Assembly: GCA_964016885.1 (NCBI GenBank) | Contig: OZ024756.1 | Coordinates: forward strand, 5,766,001 to 5,830,000 | Length of the DNA stretch: 64,000 nucleotides | From: Eledone cirrhosa | Lineage: Eukaryota | Reading direction: 5' to 3' | Shown here: positions 1 to 15,000 of the stretch, piece after piece | Position numbering within the stretch: the first letter of the stretch is position 1 | Layout: each line of letters begins with the position of its first letter | Position numbers and translations under genes: made by a program | Notes under the pieces: model-generated | What the model was told of the DNA's origin: nothing | What the model saw: only the letters and a program-made list of their open reading frames with translations | Database searches by the model: none

Positions 1-3000
1 ATAGAAAGACACTTACTATATATAGAAAGACAGTTACTATATATAGAAAGACAGTTACTATATATAGAAAGACAGTTACTATATATAGACAGACAGTTAC
101 TATATATAGACAGATACAGTTACTATATATAGAAAGACAGTTACTATATATAGAAAGACAGTTACTATATATAGAAAGACACAGTTACTATATATAGAAA
201 GACAGTTACTATATATAGAAAGACACAGTTACTATATATAGAAAGACAGTTACTATATATAGAAAGACAGTTACTATATATAGACAGACACAGTTACTAT
301 ATATGGAAAGACAGTTACTATACATAGAAAGACAGTTACTATATATAGAAAGACAGTTACTATATATAGAAAGACACAGTTACTATATATAGAAAGACAG
401 TTACTATATATAGAAAGACAGTTACTGCATATAGAAAGACACAGTTACTATATATAGAAAGACAGTTACTATATATAGAAAGACAGTTACTATATATAGA
501 AAGACACAGTTACTATATATAGAAATACAGTTACTATATATAGAAAGACAGTTACTATATATAGAAAGACAGTTACTATATATAGAAATACAGTTACTAT
601 ATATAGAAAGACACAGTTACTATATATAGAAAGACAGTTACTATATATAGAAAGACAGTTACTATATATAGAAAGACAGTTACTATATATAGACAGACAC
701 AGTTACTATATATGGAAAGACAGTTACTATATATAGAAAGACAGTTACTACATATCGAAAAACACAGTTACTACATATAGAAAGACAGTTACTATATATA
801 GAAAGACAGTTACTGCATATAGAAAGACACAGTTACTATATATAGAAAGACAGTTACTATATATAGAAAGACAGTTACTATATATAGAAAGACACAGTTA
901 CTATATATAGAAAGACAGTTACTATATATAGAAAGACAGTTAATATATATAGACAGACACAGTTACTATATATGGAAAGACAGTTACTATATATAGAAAG
1001 ACCGTTACTATATATAGAAAGACAGTTACTATATATAGAAAGACAGTTACTATATATAGAAAGACAGTTACTATATATAGAAAGACACAATTACTATATA
1101 TAGAAAGACAGTTACTATATATAGAAAGACAGTTGCTATATATAGAAAGACAGTTACTATATATAGAAAGACAGTTACTATATATAGAAAGACACAGTTG
1201 CTATATATAGAAAGACACAGTTGCTATATATAGAAAGACAGTTAATATATATAGACAGACAGTTACTATATATAGAAAGACAGTTACTATATATAGAAAG
1301 ACAGTTGCTATATATAGAAAGACACAGTTACTATATATAGAAAGACAGTTATTATATATAGAAAGACAGTTGCTATATATTGACAGACAGTTACTTTATA
1401 TAGAAAGACAGTTACTATATATAGCAAGACACAGTTGCTATATACAGAAAGAAACAGTTACTATATATAGACAGACACAGTTACTATATATAGAAAGACA
1501 GTTACTATATATAGAAAGACAGTTACTATATATAGAAAGACAATTACTATATATAGACAGACACAGTTACTATATATAGACAGACACAGTTACTATATAT
1601 AGAGAGATACAGTTACTATATATAGACAGATACAGTTACTATATATAGAAAGACAGTTACTATATATAGACAGATACAGTTACTATATATAGAAAGACAC
1701 AGTTACTATATATAGAAAGACAGTTACTATATATAGAAATACAGTTACTATATATAGAAAGACAGTTACTATATATAGAAAGACACAGTTTCTATATATA
1801 GAAAGACAGTTACTAGATATAGAAAGACAGTTACTATATATAGAAAGACACAGTTACTGTATATAGAAAGACAGTTACTATATATAGAAAGACACAGTTA
1901 CTATATATAGAAAGACAGTTACTATATATAGAAAGACACAGTTACTATATATAGAAATACAGTTACTATATATAGAAAGACAGTTACTATATATAGAAAG
2001 ACAGTTACTATATATAGAAAGACAGTTACTATATATAGAAAGACACAGTTACTATATATAGAAAGACAGTTACTATATATAGAAAGACAGTTACTATATA
2101 TAGAAAGACAGTTACTATATATAGACAGGCACAGTTACTATATATGGAAAGACAGTTACTATATATAGAAAGACAGTTACTATATATCGAAAAACACAGT
2201 TACTATATATAGAAAGACAGATACTATATATAGAAAGACAGTTACTGCATATAGAAAGACACAGTTACTATATATAGAAAGACAGTTACTATATATAGAA
2301 AGACAGTTACTATATATAGAAAGACACAGTTACTATATATAGAAAGAGAGTTACTATATATAGAAAGACAGTTAATATATATAGACAGACACAGTTACTA
2401 TATATGGAAAGACAGTTACTATATATAGAAAGACCGTTACTATATATAGAAAGACAGTTACTATATATAGAAAGACAGTTACTATATATAGAAAGACAGT
2501 TACTATATATAGAAAGACACAGTTACTATATATAGAAAGACAGTTACTATATATAGAAAGACAGTTGCTATATATAGAAAGACAGTTACTATATATAGAA
2601 AGACAGTTATTATATATAGACAGACACAATTACTATATATAGACAGATACAGTTACTATATATAGAAATACAGTTACTATATATAGAAAGACACTTACTA
2701 TATATAGAAAGACAGTTACTATATATAGAAACACAGTTACTATATATAGAAAGACAGTTACTATATATATATAGACAGACACAGTTACTATATATAGACA
2801 GATACTGTTACTATATATAGAAAGACAGTTACTATATATAGAAAGACAGTTACTATATATAGAAAGACAGTTACTATATATAGAAAGACAGTTACTATAT
2901 ATAGACATATACAGTTACTATATATAGACAGATACAGTTACTATATATAGAAAGACAGTTACTATATATAGAAAGACAGTTACTATATATAGAAAGACAG

Positions 3001-6000
3001 TTATTATATATAGACCGACACAATTACTATATATAGACAGATACATTTACTATATATAGAAAGACAGTTACTATATATAGAAAGACACTTACTATATATA
3101 GAAAGACAGTTACTATATATAGAAAGACAGTTACTATATATAGAAAGACAGTTACTATATATAGACAGACAGTTACTATATATAGACAGATACAGTTACT
3201 ATATATAGAAAGACAGTTACTATATATAGAAAGACAGTTACTATATATAGAAAGACACAGTTACTATATATAGAAAGACAGTTACTATATATAGAAAGAC
3301 ACAGTTACTATATATAGAAAGACAGTTACTATATATAGAAAGACAGTTACTATATATAGACAGACACAGTTACTATATATGGAAAGACAGTTACTATACA
3401 TAGAAAGACAGTTACTATATATAGAAAGACAGTTACTATATATAGAAAGACACAGTTACTATATATAGAAAGACAGTTACTATATATAGAAAGACAGTTA
3501 CTATATATAGAAAGACAGTTACTATATATAGAAGGACACAATTACTATATATAGAAAGACAGTTACTATATATAGAAAGACAGTTGCTATATATAGAAAG
3601 ACAGTTACTATATATAGAAAGACAGTTACTATATATAGAAAGACACAGTTGCTATATATAGAAAGACACAGTTGCTATATATAGAAAGACAGTTAATATA
3701 TATAGACAGACAGTTACTATATATAGAAAGACAGTTACTATATATAGAAAGACAGTTGCTATATATAGAAAGACACAGTTACTATATATAGAAAGACAGT
3801 TATTATATATAGAAAGACAGTTGCTATATATTGACAGACAGTTACTTTATATAGAAAGACAGTTACTATATATAGCAAGACACAGTTGCTATATACAGAA
3901 AGAAACAGTTACTATATATAGACAGACACAGTTACTATATATAGAAAGACAGTTACTATATATAGAAAGACAGTTACTATATATAGAAAGACAATTACTA
4001 TATATAGACAGACACAGTTACTATATATAGACAGACACAGTTACTATATATAGAGAGATACAGTTACTATATATAGACAGATACAGTTACTATATATAGA
4101 AAGACAGTTACTATATATAGACAGATACAGTTACTATATATAGAAAGACACAGTTACTATATATAGAAAGACAGTTACTATATATAGAAAGACAGTTACT
4201 ATATATAGAAAGACAGTTACTATATATAGAAAGACACAGTTTCTATATATAGAAAGACAGTTACTATATATAGAAAGACAGTTACTATATATAGAAAGAC
4301 ACAGTTACTGTATATAGAAAGACAGTTACTATATATAGAAAGACACAGTTACTATATATAGAAAGACAGTTACTATATATAGAAAGACACAGTTACTATA
4401 TATAGAAATACAGTTACTATATATAGAAAGACAGTTACTATATATAGAAAGACAGTTACTATATATAGAAAGACAGTTACTATATATAGAAAGACACAGT
4501 TACTATATATAGAAAGACAGTTACTATATATAGAAAGACAGTTACTATATATAGAAAGACAGTTACTATATATAGACAGGCACAGTTACTATATATGGAA
4601 AGACAGTTACTATATATAGAAAGACAGTTACTATATATCGAAAAACACAGTTACTATATATAGAAAGACAGATACTATATATAGAAAGACAGTTACTGCA
4701 TATAGAAAGACACAGTTACTATATATAGAAAGACAGTTACTATATATAGAAAGACAGTTACTATATATAGAAAGACACAGTTACTATATATAGAAAGAGA
4801 GTTACTATATATAGAAAGACAGTTAATATATATAGACAGACACAGTTACTATATATGGAAAGACAGTTACTATATATAGAAAGACCGTTACTATATATAG
4901 AAAGACAGTTACTATATATAGAAAGACAGTTACTATATATAGAAAGACAGTTACTATATATAGAAAGACACAGTTACTATATATAGAAAGACAGTTACTA
5001 TATATAGAAAGACAGTTGCTATATATAGAAAGACAGTTACTATATATAGAAAGACAGTTATTATATATAGACAGACACAATTACTATATATAGACAGATA
5101 CAGTTACTATATATAGAAATACAGTTACTATATATAGAAAGACACTTACTATATATAGAAAGACAGTTACTATATATAGAAACACAGTTACTATATATAG
5201 AAAGACAGTTACTATATATATATAGACAGACACAGTTACTATATATAGACAGATACTGTTACTATATATAGAAAGACAGTTACTATATATAGAAAGACAG
5301 TTACTATATATAGAAAGACAGTTACTATATATAGAAAGACAGTTACTATATATAGACATATACAGTTACTATATATAGACAGATACAGTTACTATATATA
5401 GAAAGACAGTTACTATATATAGAAAGACAGTTACTATATATAGAAAGACAGTTATTATATATAGACCGACACAATTACTATATATAGACAGATACATTTA
5501 CTATATATAGAAAGACAGTTACTATATATAGAAAGACACTTACTATATATAGAAAGACAGTTACTATATATAGAAAGACAGTTACTATATATAGAAAGAC
5601 AGTTACTATATATAGACAGACAGTTACTATATATAGACAGATACAGTTACTATATATAGAAAGACAGTTACTATATATAGAAAGACAGTTACTATATATA
5701 GAAAGACACAGTTACTATATATAGAAAGACAGTTACTATATATAGAAAGACACAGTTACTATATATAGAAAGACAGTTACTATATATAGAAAGACAGTTA
5801 CTATATATAGACAGACACAGTTACTATATATGGAAAGACAGTTACTATACATAGAAAGACAGTTACTATATATAGAAAGACAGTTACTATATATAGAAAG
5901 ACACAGTTACTATATATAGAAAGACAGTTACTATATATAGAAAGACAGTTACTGCATATAGAAAGACACAGTTACTATATATAGAAAGACAGTTACTATA

Positions 6001-9000
6001 TATAGAAAGACAGTTACTATATATAGAAAGACACAGTTACTATATATAGAAATACAGTTACTATATATAGAAAGACAGTTACTATATATAGAAAGACAGT
6101 TACTATATATAGAAATACAGTTACTATATATAGAAAGACACAGTTACTATATATAGAAAGACAGTTACTATATATAGAAAGACAGTTACTATATATAGAA
6201 AGACAGTTACTATATATAGACAGACACAGTTACTATATATGGAAAGACAGTTACTATATATAGAAAGACAGTTACTACATATCGAAAAACACAGTTACTA
6301 CATATAGAAAGACAGTTACTATATATAGAAAGACAGTTACTGCATATAGAAAGACACAGTTACTATATATAGAAAGACAGTTACTATATATAGAAAGACA
6401 GTTACTATATATAGAAAGACACAGTTACTATATATAGAAAGACAGTTACTATATATAGAAAGACAGTTAATATATATAGACAGACACAGTTACTATATAT
6501 GGAAAGACAGTTACTATATATAGAAAGACCGTTACTATATATAGAAAGACAGTTACTATATATAGAAAGACAGTTACTATATATAGAAAGACAGTTACTA
6601 TATATAGAAAGACACAATTACTATATATAGAAAGACAGTTACTATATATAGAAAGACAGTTGCTATATATAGAAAGACAGTTACTATATATAGAAAGACA
6701 GTTACTATATATAGAAAGACACAGTTGCTATATATAGAAAGACACAGTTGCTATATATAGAAAGACAGTTAATATATATAGACAGACAGTTACTATATAT
6801 AGAAAGACAGTTACTATATATAGAAAGACAGTTGCTATATATAGAAAGACACAGTTACTATATATAGAAAGACAGTTATTATATATAGAAAGACAGTTGC
6901 TATATATTGACAGACAGTTACTTTATATAGAAAGACAGTTACTATATATAGCAAGACACAGTTGCTATATACAGAAAGAAACAGTTACTATATATAGACA
7001 GACACAGTTACTATATATAGAAAGACAGTTACTATATATAGAAAGACAGTTACTATATATAGAAAGACAATTACTATATATAGACAGACACAGTTACTAT
7101 ATATAGAGAGATACAGTTACTATATATAGACAGATACAGTTACTATATATAGAAAGACAGTTACTATATATAGACAGATACAGTTACTATATATAGAAAG
7201 ACACAGTTACTATATATAGAAAGACAGTTACTATATATAGAAAGACAGTTACTATATATAGAAAGACAGTTACTATATATAGAAAGACACAGTTTCTATA
7301 TATAGAAAGACAGTTACTATATATAGAAAGACAGTTACTATATATAGAAAGACACAGTTACTGTATATAGAAAGACAGTTACTATATATAGAAAGACACA
7401 GTTACTATATATAGAAAGACAGTTACTATATATAGAAAGACACAGTTACTATATATAGAAATACAGTTACTATATATAGAAAGACAGTTACTATATATAG
7501 AAAGACAGTTACTATATATAGAAAGACAGTTACTATATATAGAAAGACACAGTTACTATATATAGAAAGACAGTTACTATATATAGAAAGACAGTTACTA
7601 TATATAGAAAGACAGTTACTATATATAGACAGGCACAGTTACTATATATGGAAAGACAGTTACTATATATAGAAAGACAGTTACTATATATCGAAAAACA
7701 CAGTTACTATATATAGAAAGACAGTTACTGCATATAGAAAGACACAGTTACTATATATAGAAAGACAGTTACTATATATAGAAAGACAGTTACTATATAT
7801 AGAAAGACACAGTTACTATATATAGAAAGAGAGTTACTATATATAGAAAGACAGTTAATATATATAGACAGACACAGTTACTATATATGGAAAGACAGTT
7901 ACTATATATAGAAAGACCGTTACTATATATAGAAAGACAGTTACTATATATAGAAAGACAGTTACTATATATAGAAAGACAGTTACTATATATAGAAAGA
8001 CACAGTTACTATATATAGAAAGACAGTTACTATATATAGAAAGACAGTTGCTATATATAGAAAGACAGTTACTATATATAGAAAGACAGTTACTATATAT
8101 AGAAAGACACAGTTGCTATATATAGAAAGACACAGTTGCTATATATAGAAAGACAGTTAATATATATAGACAGACAGTTACTATATATAGAAAGACAGTT
8201 ACTATATATAGAAAGACAGTTGCTATATATAGAAAGACACAGTTACTATATATAGAAAGACAGTTACTATATATAGAAAGACAGTTGCTATATATTGACA
8301 GACAGTTACTATATATAGAAAGACAGTTACTATATATAGCAAGACACAGTTGCTATATATAGACATACACAGTTACTATATATAGAAAGACAGTTACTAT
8401 ATATAGAAAGACAGTTACTATATATAGAAAGACAATTACTATATATAGACAGACACAGTTACTATATATAGACAGACACAGTTACTATATATAGAGAGAT
8501 ACAGTTACTATATATAGACATATACAGTTACTATATTTAGAAAGACAGTTACTATATATAGACAGATACAGTTACTATATATAGAAAGACACAGTTACTA
8601 TATATAGAAAGACAGTTACTATATATAGAAAGACAGTTACTATATATAGAAAGACAGTTACTATATATAGAAAGGCACAGTTTCTATATATAGAAAGACA
8701 GTTACTATATATAGAAAGACAGTTACTATATATAGAAAGACACAGTTACTGTATATAGAAAGACAGTTACTATATATAGGCAGAGACAGTTACTATATAT
8801 AGACAGATACAGTTACTATATATAGACAGATACAGTTACTATATATAGAAATAGTGTTACTATATATAGAAATACAGTTACTATATATAGAAAGACAAAG
8901 TTACTATTTATAGAAAGACAGTTACTATATATAGAAAGACACAGTTACTATATATAGAAAGACAGTTACTATATATAGAAATAGAGTTACTATATATAGA

Positions 9001-12000
9001 AAGACAATTACTATATACAGAAAGACACAGTTACTATATATAGAAAGACACAGTTACTATATATAGAAAGACAGTTACTATACATAGAAAGACGGTTACT
9101 ATATATAGAAATACAGTTACTATATATAGAAAGACAGTTGCTATATATATAAAGACACAGTTGCTATATATAGAAAGACAGTTACTATATATAGAAAGAC
9201 AGTTACTATATATAGAAATACAGTTACTATATATAGAAAGACACAGTTACTATATATAGAAAGACAGTTACTATATATAGAAAGACAGTTACTATATATA
9301 GAAAGACAGTTACTATATATAGACAGACACAGTTACTATATATGGAAAGACAGTTACTATATATAGAAAGACAGTTACTACATATCGAAAAACACAGTTA
9401 CTACATATAGAAAGACAGTTACTATATATAGAAAGACAGTTACTGCATATAGAAAGACACAGTTACTATATATAGAAAGACAGTTACTATATATAGAAAG
9501 ACAGTTACTATATATAGAAAGACACAGTTACTATATATAGAAAGACAGTTACTATATATAGAAAGACAGTTAATATATATAGACAGACACAGTTACTATA
9601 TATGGAAAGACAGTTACTATATATAGAAAGACCGTTACTATATATAGAAAGACAGTTACTATATATAGAAAGACAGTTACTATATATAGAAAGACAGTTA
9701 CTATATATAGAAAGACACAATTACTATATATAGAAAGACAGTTACTATATATAGAAAGACAGTTGCTATTTATAGAAAGACAGTTACTATATATAGAAAG
9801 ACAGTTACTATATATAGAAAGACACAGTTGCTATATATAGAAAGACACAGTTGCTATATATAGAAAGACAGTTAATATATATAGACAGACAGTTACTATA
9901 TATAGAAAGACAGTTACTATATATAGAAAGACAGTTGCTATATATAGAAAGACACAGTTACTATATATAGAAAGACAGTTATTATATATAGAAAGACAGT
10001 TGCTATATATTGACAGACAGTTACTTTATATAGAAAGACAGTTACTATATATAGCAAGACACAGTTGCTATATACAGAAAGAAACAGTTACTATATATAG
10101 ATAGACACAGTTACTATATATAGAAAGACAGTTACTATATATAGAAAGACAGTTACTATATATAGAAAGACAATTACTATATATAGACAGACACAGTTAC
10201 TATATATAGACAGACACAGTTACTATATATAGAGAGATACAGTTACTATATATAGACATATACAGTTACTATATATAGAAAGACAGTTACTATATATAGA
10301 CAGATACAGTTACTATATATAGAAAGACACAGTTACTATATATAGAAAGACAGTTACTATATATAGAAAGACAGTTACTATATATAGAAAGACAGTTACT
10401 ATATATAGAAAGACACAGTTTCTATATATAGAAAGACAGTTACTATATATAGAAAGACAGTTACTATATATAGAAAGACACAGTTACTGTATATAGAAAG
10501 ACAGTTACTATATATAGAAAGACACAGTTACTATATATAGAAAGACAGTTACTATATATAGAAAGACACAGTTACTATATATAGAAATACAGTTACTATA
10601 TATAGAAAGACAGTTACTATATATAGAAAGACAGTTACTATATATAGAAAGACAGTTACTATATATAGAAAGACACAGTTACTATATATAGAAAGACAGT
10701 TACTATATATAGAAAGACAGTTACTATATATAGAAAGACAGTTACTATATATAGACAGGCACAGTTACTATATATGGAAAGACAGTTACTATATATAGAA
10801 AGACAGTTACTATATATCGAAAAACACAGTTACTATATATAGAAAGACAGATACTATATATAGAAAGACAGTTACTGCATATAGAAAGACACAGTTACTA
10901 TATATAGAAAGACAGTTACTATATATAGAAAGACAGTTACTATATATAGAAAGACACAGTTACTATATATAGAAAGAGAGTTACTATATATAGAAAGACA
11001 GTTAATATATATAGACAGACACAGTTACTATATATGGAAAGACAGTTACTATATATAGAAAGACCGTTACTATATATAGAAAGACAGTTACTATATATAG
11101 AAAGACAGTTACTATATATAGAAAGACAGTTACTATATATAGAAAGACACAGTTACTATATATAGAAAGACAGTTACTATATATAGAAAGACAGTTGCTA
11201 TATATAGAAAGACAGTTACTATATATAGAAAGACAGTTATTATATATAGACAGACACAATTACTATATATAGACAGATACAGTTACTATATATAGAAATA
11301 CAGTTACTATATATAGAAAGACACTTACTATATATAGAAAGACAGTTACTATATATAGAAACACAGTTACTATATATAGAAAGACAGTTACTATATATAT
11401 ATAGACAGACACAGTTACTATATATAGACAGATACTGTTACTATATATAGAAAGACAGTTACTATATATAGAAAGACAGTTACTATATATAGAAAGACAG
11501 TTACTATATATAGAAAGACAGTTACTATATATAGACATATACAGTTACTATATATAGACAGATACAGTTACTATATATAGAAAGACAGTTACTATATATA
11601 GAAAGACAGTTACTATATATAGAAAGACAGTTATTATATATAGACCGACACAATTACTATATATAGACAGATACATTTACTATATATAGAAAGACAGTTA
11701 CTATATATAGAAAGACACTTACTATATATAGAAAGACAGTTACTATATATAGAAAGACAGTTACTATATATAGAAAGACAGTTACTATATATAGACAGAC
11801 AGTTACTATATATAGACAGATACAGTTACTATATATAGAAAGACAGTTACTATATATAGAAAGACAGTTACTATATATAGAAAGACACAGTTACTATATA
11901 TAGAAAGACAGTTACTATATATAGAAAGACACAGTTACTATATATAGAAAGACAGTTACTATATATAGAAAGACAGTTACTATATATAGACAGACACAGT

Positions 12001-15000
12001 TACTATATATGGAAAGACAGTTACTATACATAGAAAGACAGTTACTATATATAGAAAGACAGTTACTATATATAGAAAGACACAGTTACTATATATAGAA
12101 AGACAGTTACTATATATAGAAAGACAGTTACTGCATATAGAAAGACACAGTTACTATATATAGAAAGACAGTTACTATATATAGAAAGACAGTTACTATA
12201 TATAGAAAGACACAGTTACTATATATAGAAATACAGTTACTATATATAGAAAGACAGTTACTATATATAGAAAGACAGTTACTATATATAGAAATACAGT
12301 TACTATATATAGAAAGACACAGTTACTATATATAGAAAGACAGTTACTATATATAGAAAGACAGTTACTATATATAGAAAGACAGTTACTATATATAGAC
12401 AGACACAGTTACTATATATGGAAAGACAGTTACTATATATAGAAAGACAGTTACTACATATCGAAAAACACAGTTACTACATATAGAAAGACAGTTACTA
12501 TATATAGAAAGACAGTTACTATATATAGAAAGACACAGTTACTGTATATAGAAAGACAGTTACTATATATAGAAAGACACAGTTACTATATATAGAAAGA
12601 CAGTTACTATATATAGAAAGACACAGTTACTATATATAGAAATACAGTTACTATATATAGAAAGACAGTTACTATATATAGAAAGACAGTTACTATATAT
12701 AGAAAGACAGTTACTATATATAGAAAGACACAGTTACTATATATAGAAAGACAGTTACTATATATAGAAAGACAGTTACTATATATAGAAAGACAGTTAC
12801 TATATATAGGCAGGCACAGTTACTATATATGGAAAGACAGTTACTATATATAGAAAGACAGTTACTATATATCGAAAAACACAGTTACTATATATAGAAA
12901 GACAGATACTATATATAGAAAGACAGTTACTGCATATAGAAAGACACAGTTACTATATATAGAAAGACAGTTACTATATATAGAAAGACAGTTACTATAT
13001 ATAGAAAGACACAGTTACTATATATAGAAAGAGAGTTACTATATATAGAAAGACAGTTAATATATATAGACAGACACAGTTACTATATATGGAAAGACAG
13101 TTACTATATATAGAAAGACCGTTACTATATATAGAAAGACAGTTACTATATATAGAAAGACAGTTACTATATATAGAAAGACAGTTACTATATATAGAAA
13201 GACACAGTTACTATATATAGAAAGACAGTTACTATATATAGAAAGACAGTTGCTATATATAGAAAGACAGTTACTATATATAGAAAGACAGTTATTATAT
13301 ATAGACAGACACAATTACTATATATAGACAGATACAGTTACTATATATAGAAATACAGTTACTATATATAGAAATACACTTACTATATATAGAAAGACAG
13401 TTACTATATATAGAAACACAGTTACTATATATAGAAAGACAGTTACTATATATATATAGACAGACACAGTTACTATATATAGACAGATACTGTTACTATA
13501 TATAGAAAGACAGTTACTATATATAGAAAGACAGTTACTATATATAGAAAGACAGTTACTATATATAGAAAGACAGTTACTATATATAGACATATACAGT
13601 TACTATATATAGACAGATACAGTTACTATATATAGAAAGACAGTTACTATATATAGAAAGACAGTTACTATATATAGAAAGACAGTTATTATATATAGAC
13701 CGACACAATTACTATATATAGACAGATACATTTACTATATATAGAAAGACAGTTACTATATATAGAAAGACACTTACTATATATAGAAAGACAGTTACTA
13801 TATATAGAAAGACAGTTACTATATATAGAAAGACAGTTACTATATATAGACAGACAGTTACTATATATAGACAGATACAGTTACTATATATAGAAAGACA
13901 GTTACTATATATAGAAAGACAGTTACTATATATAGAAAGACACAGTTACTATATATAGAAAGACAGTTACTATATATAGAAAGACACAGTTACTATATAT
14001 AGAAAGACAGTTACTATATATAGAAAGACAGTTACTATATATAGACAGACACAGTTACTATATATGGAAAGACAGTTACTATACATAGAAAGACAGTTAC
14101 TATATATAGAAAGACAGTTACTATATATAGAAAGACACAGTTACTATATATAGAAAGACAGTTACTATATATAGAAAGACAGTTACTGCATATAGAAAGA
14201 CACAGTTACTATATATAGAAAGACAGTTACTATATATAGAAAGACAGTTACTATATATAGAAAGACACAGTTACTATATATAGAAATACAGTTACTATAT
14301 ATAGAAAGACAGTTACTATATATAGAAAGACAGTTACTATATATAGAAATACAGTTACTATATATAGAAAGACACAGTTACTATATATAGAAAGACAGTT
14401 ACTATATATAGAAAGACAGTTACTATATATAGAAAGACAGTTACTATATATAGACAGACACAGTTACTATATATGGAAAGACAGTTACTATATATAGAAA
14501 GACAGTTACTACATATCGAAAAACACAGTTACTACATATAGAAAGACAGTTACTATATATAGAAAGACAGTTACTATATATAGAAAGACACAGTTACTAT
14601 ATATAGAAAGACAGTTACTATATATAGAAAGACAGTTAATATATATAGACAGACACAGTTACTATATATGGAAAGACAGTTACTATATATAGAAAGACCG
14701 TTACTATATATAGAAAGACAGTTACTATATATAGAAAGACAGTTACTATATATAGAAAGACAGTTACTATATATAGAAAGACACAATTACTATATATAGA
14801 AAGACAGTTACTATATATAGAAAGACAGTTGCTATATATAGAAAGACAGTTACTATATATAGAAAGACAGTTACTATATATAGAAAGACACAGTTGCTAT
14901 ATATAGAAAGACACAGTTGCTATATATAGAAAGACAGTTAATATATATAGACAGACAGTTACTATATATAGAAAGACAGTTACTATATATAGAAAGACAG

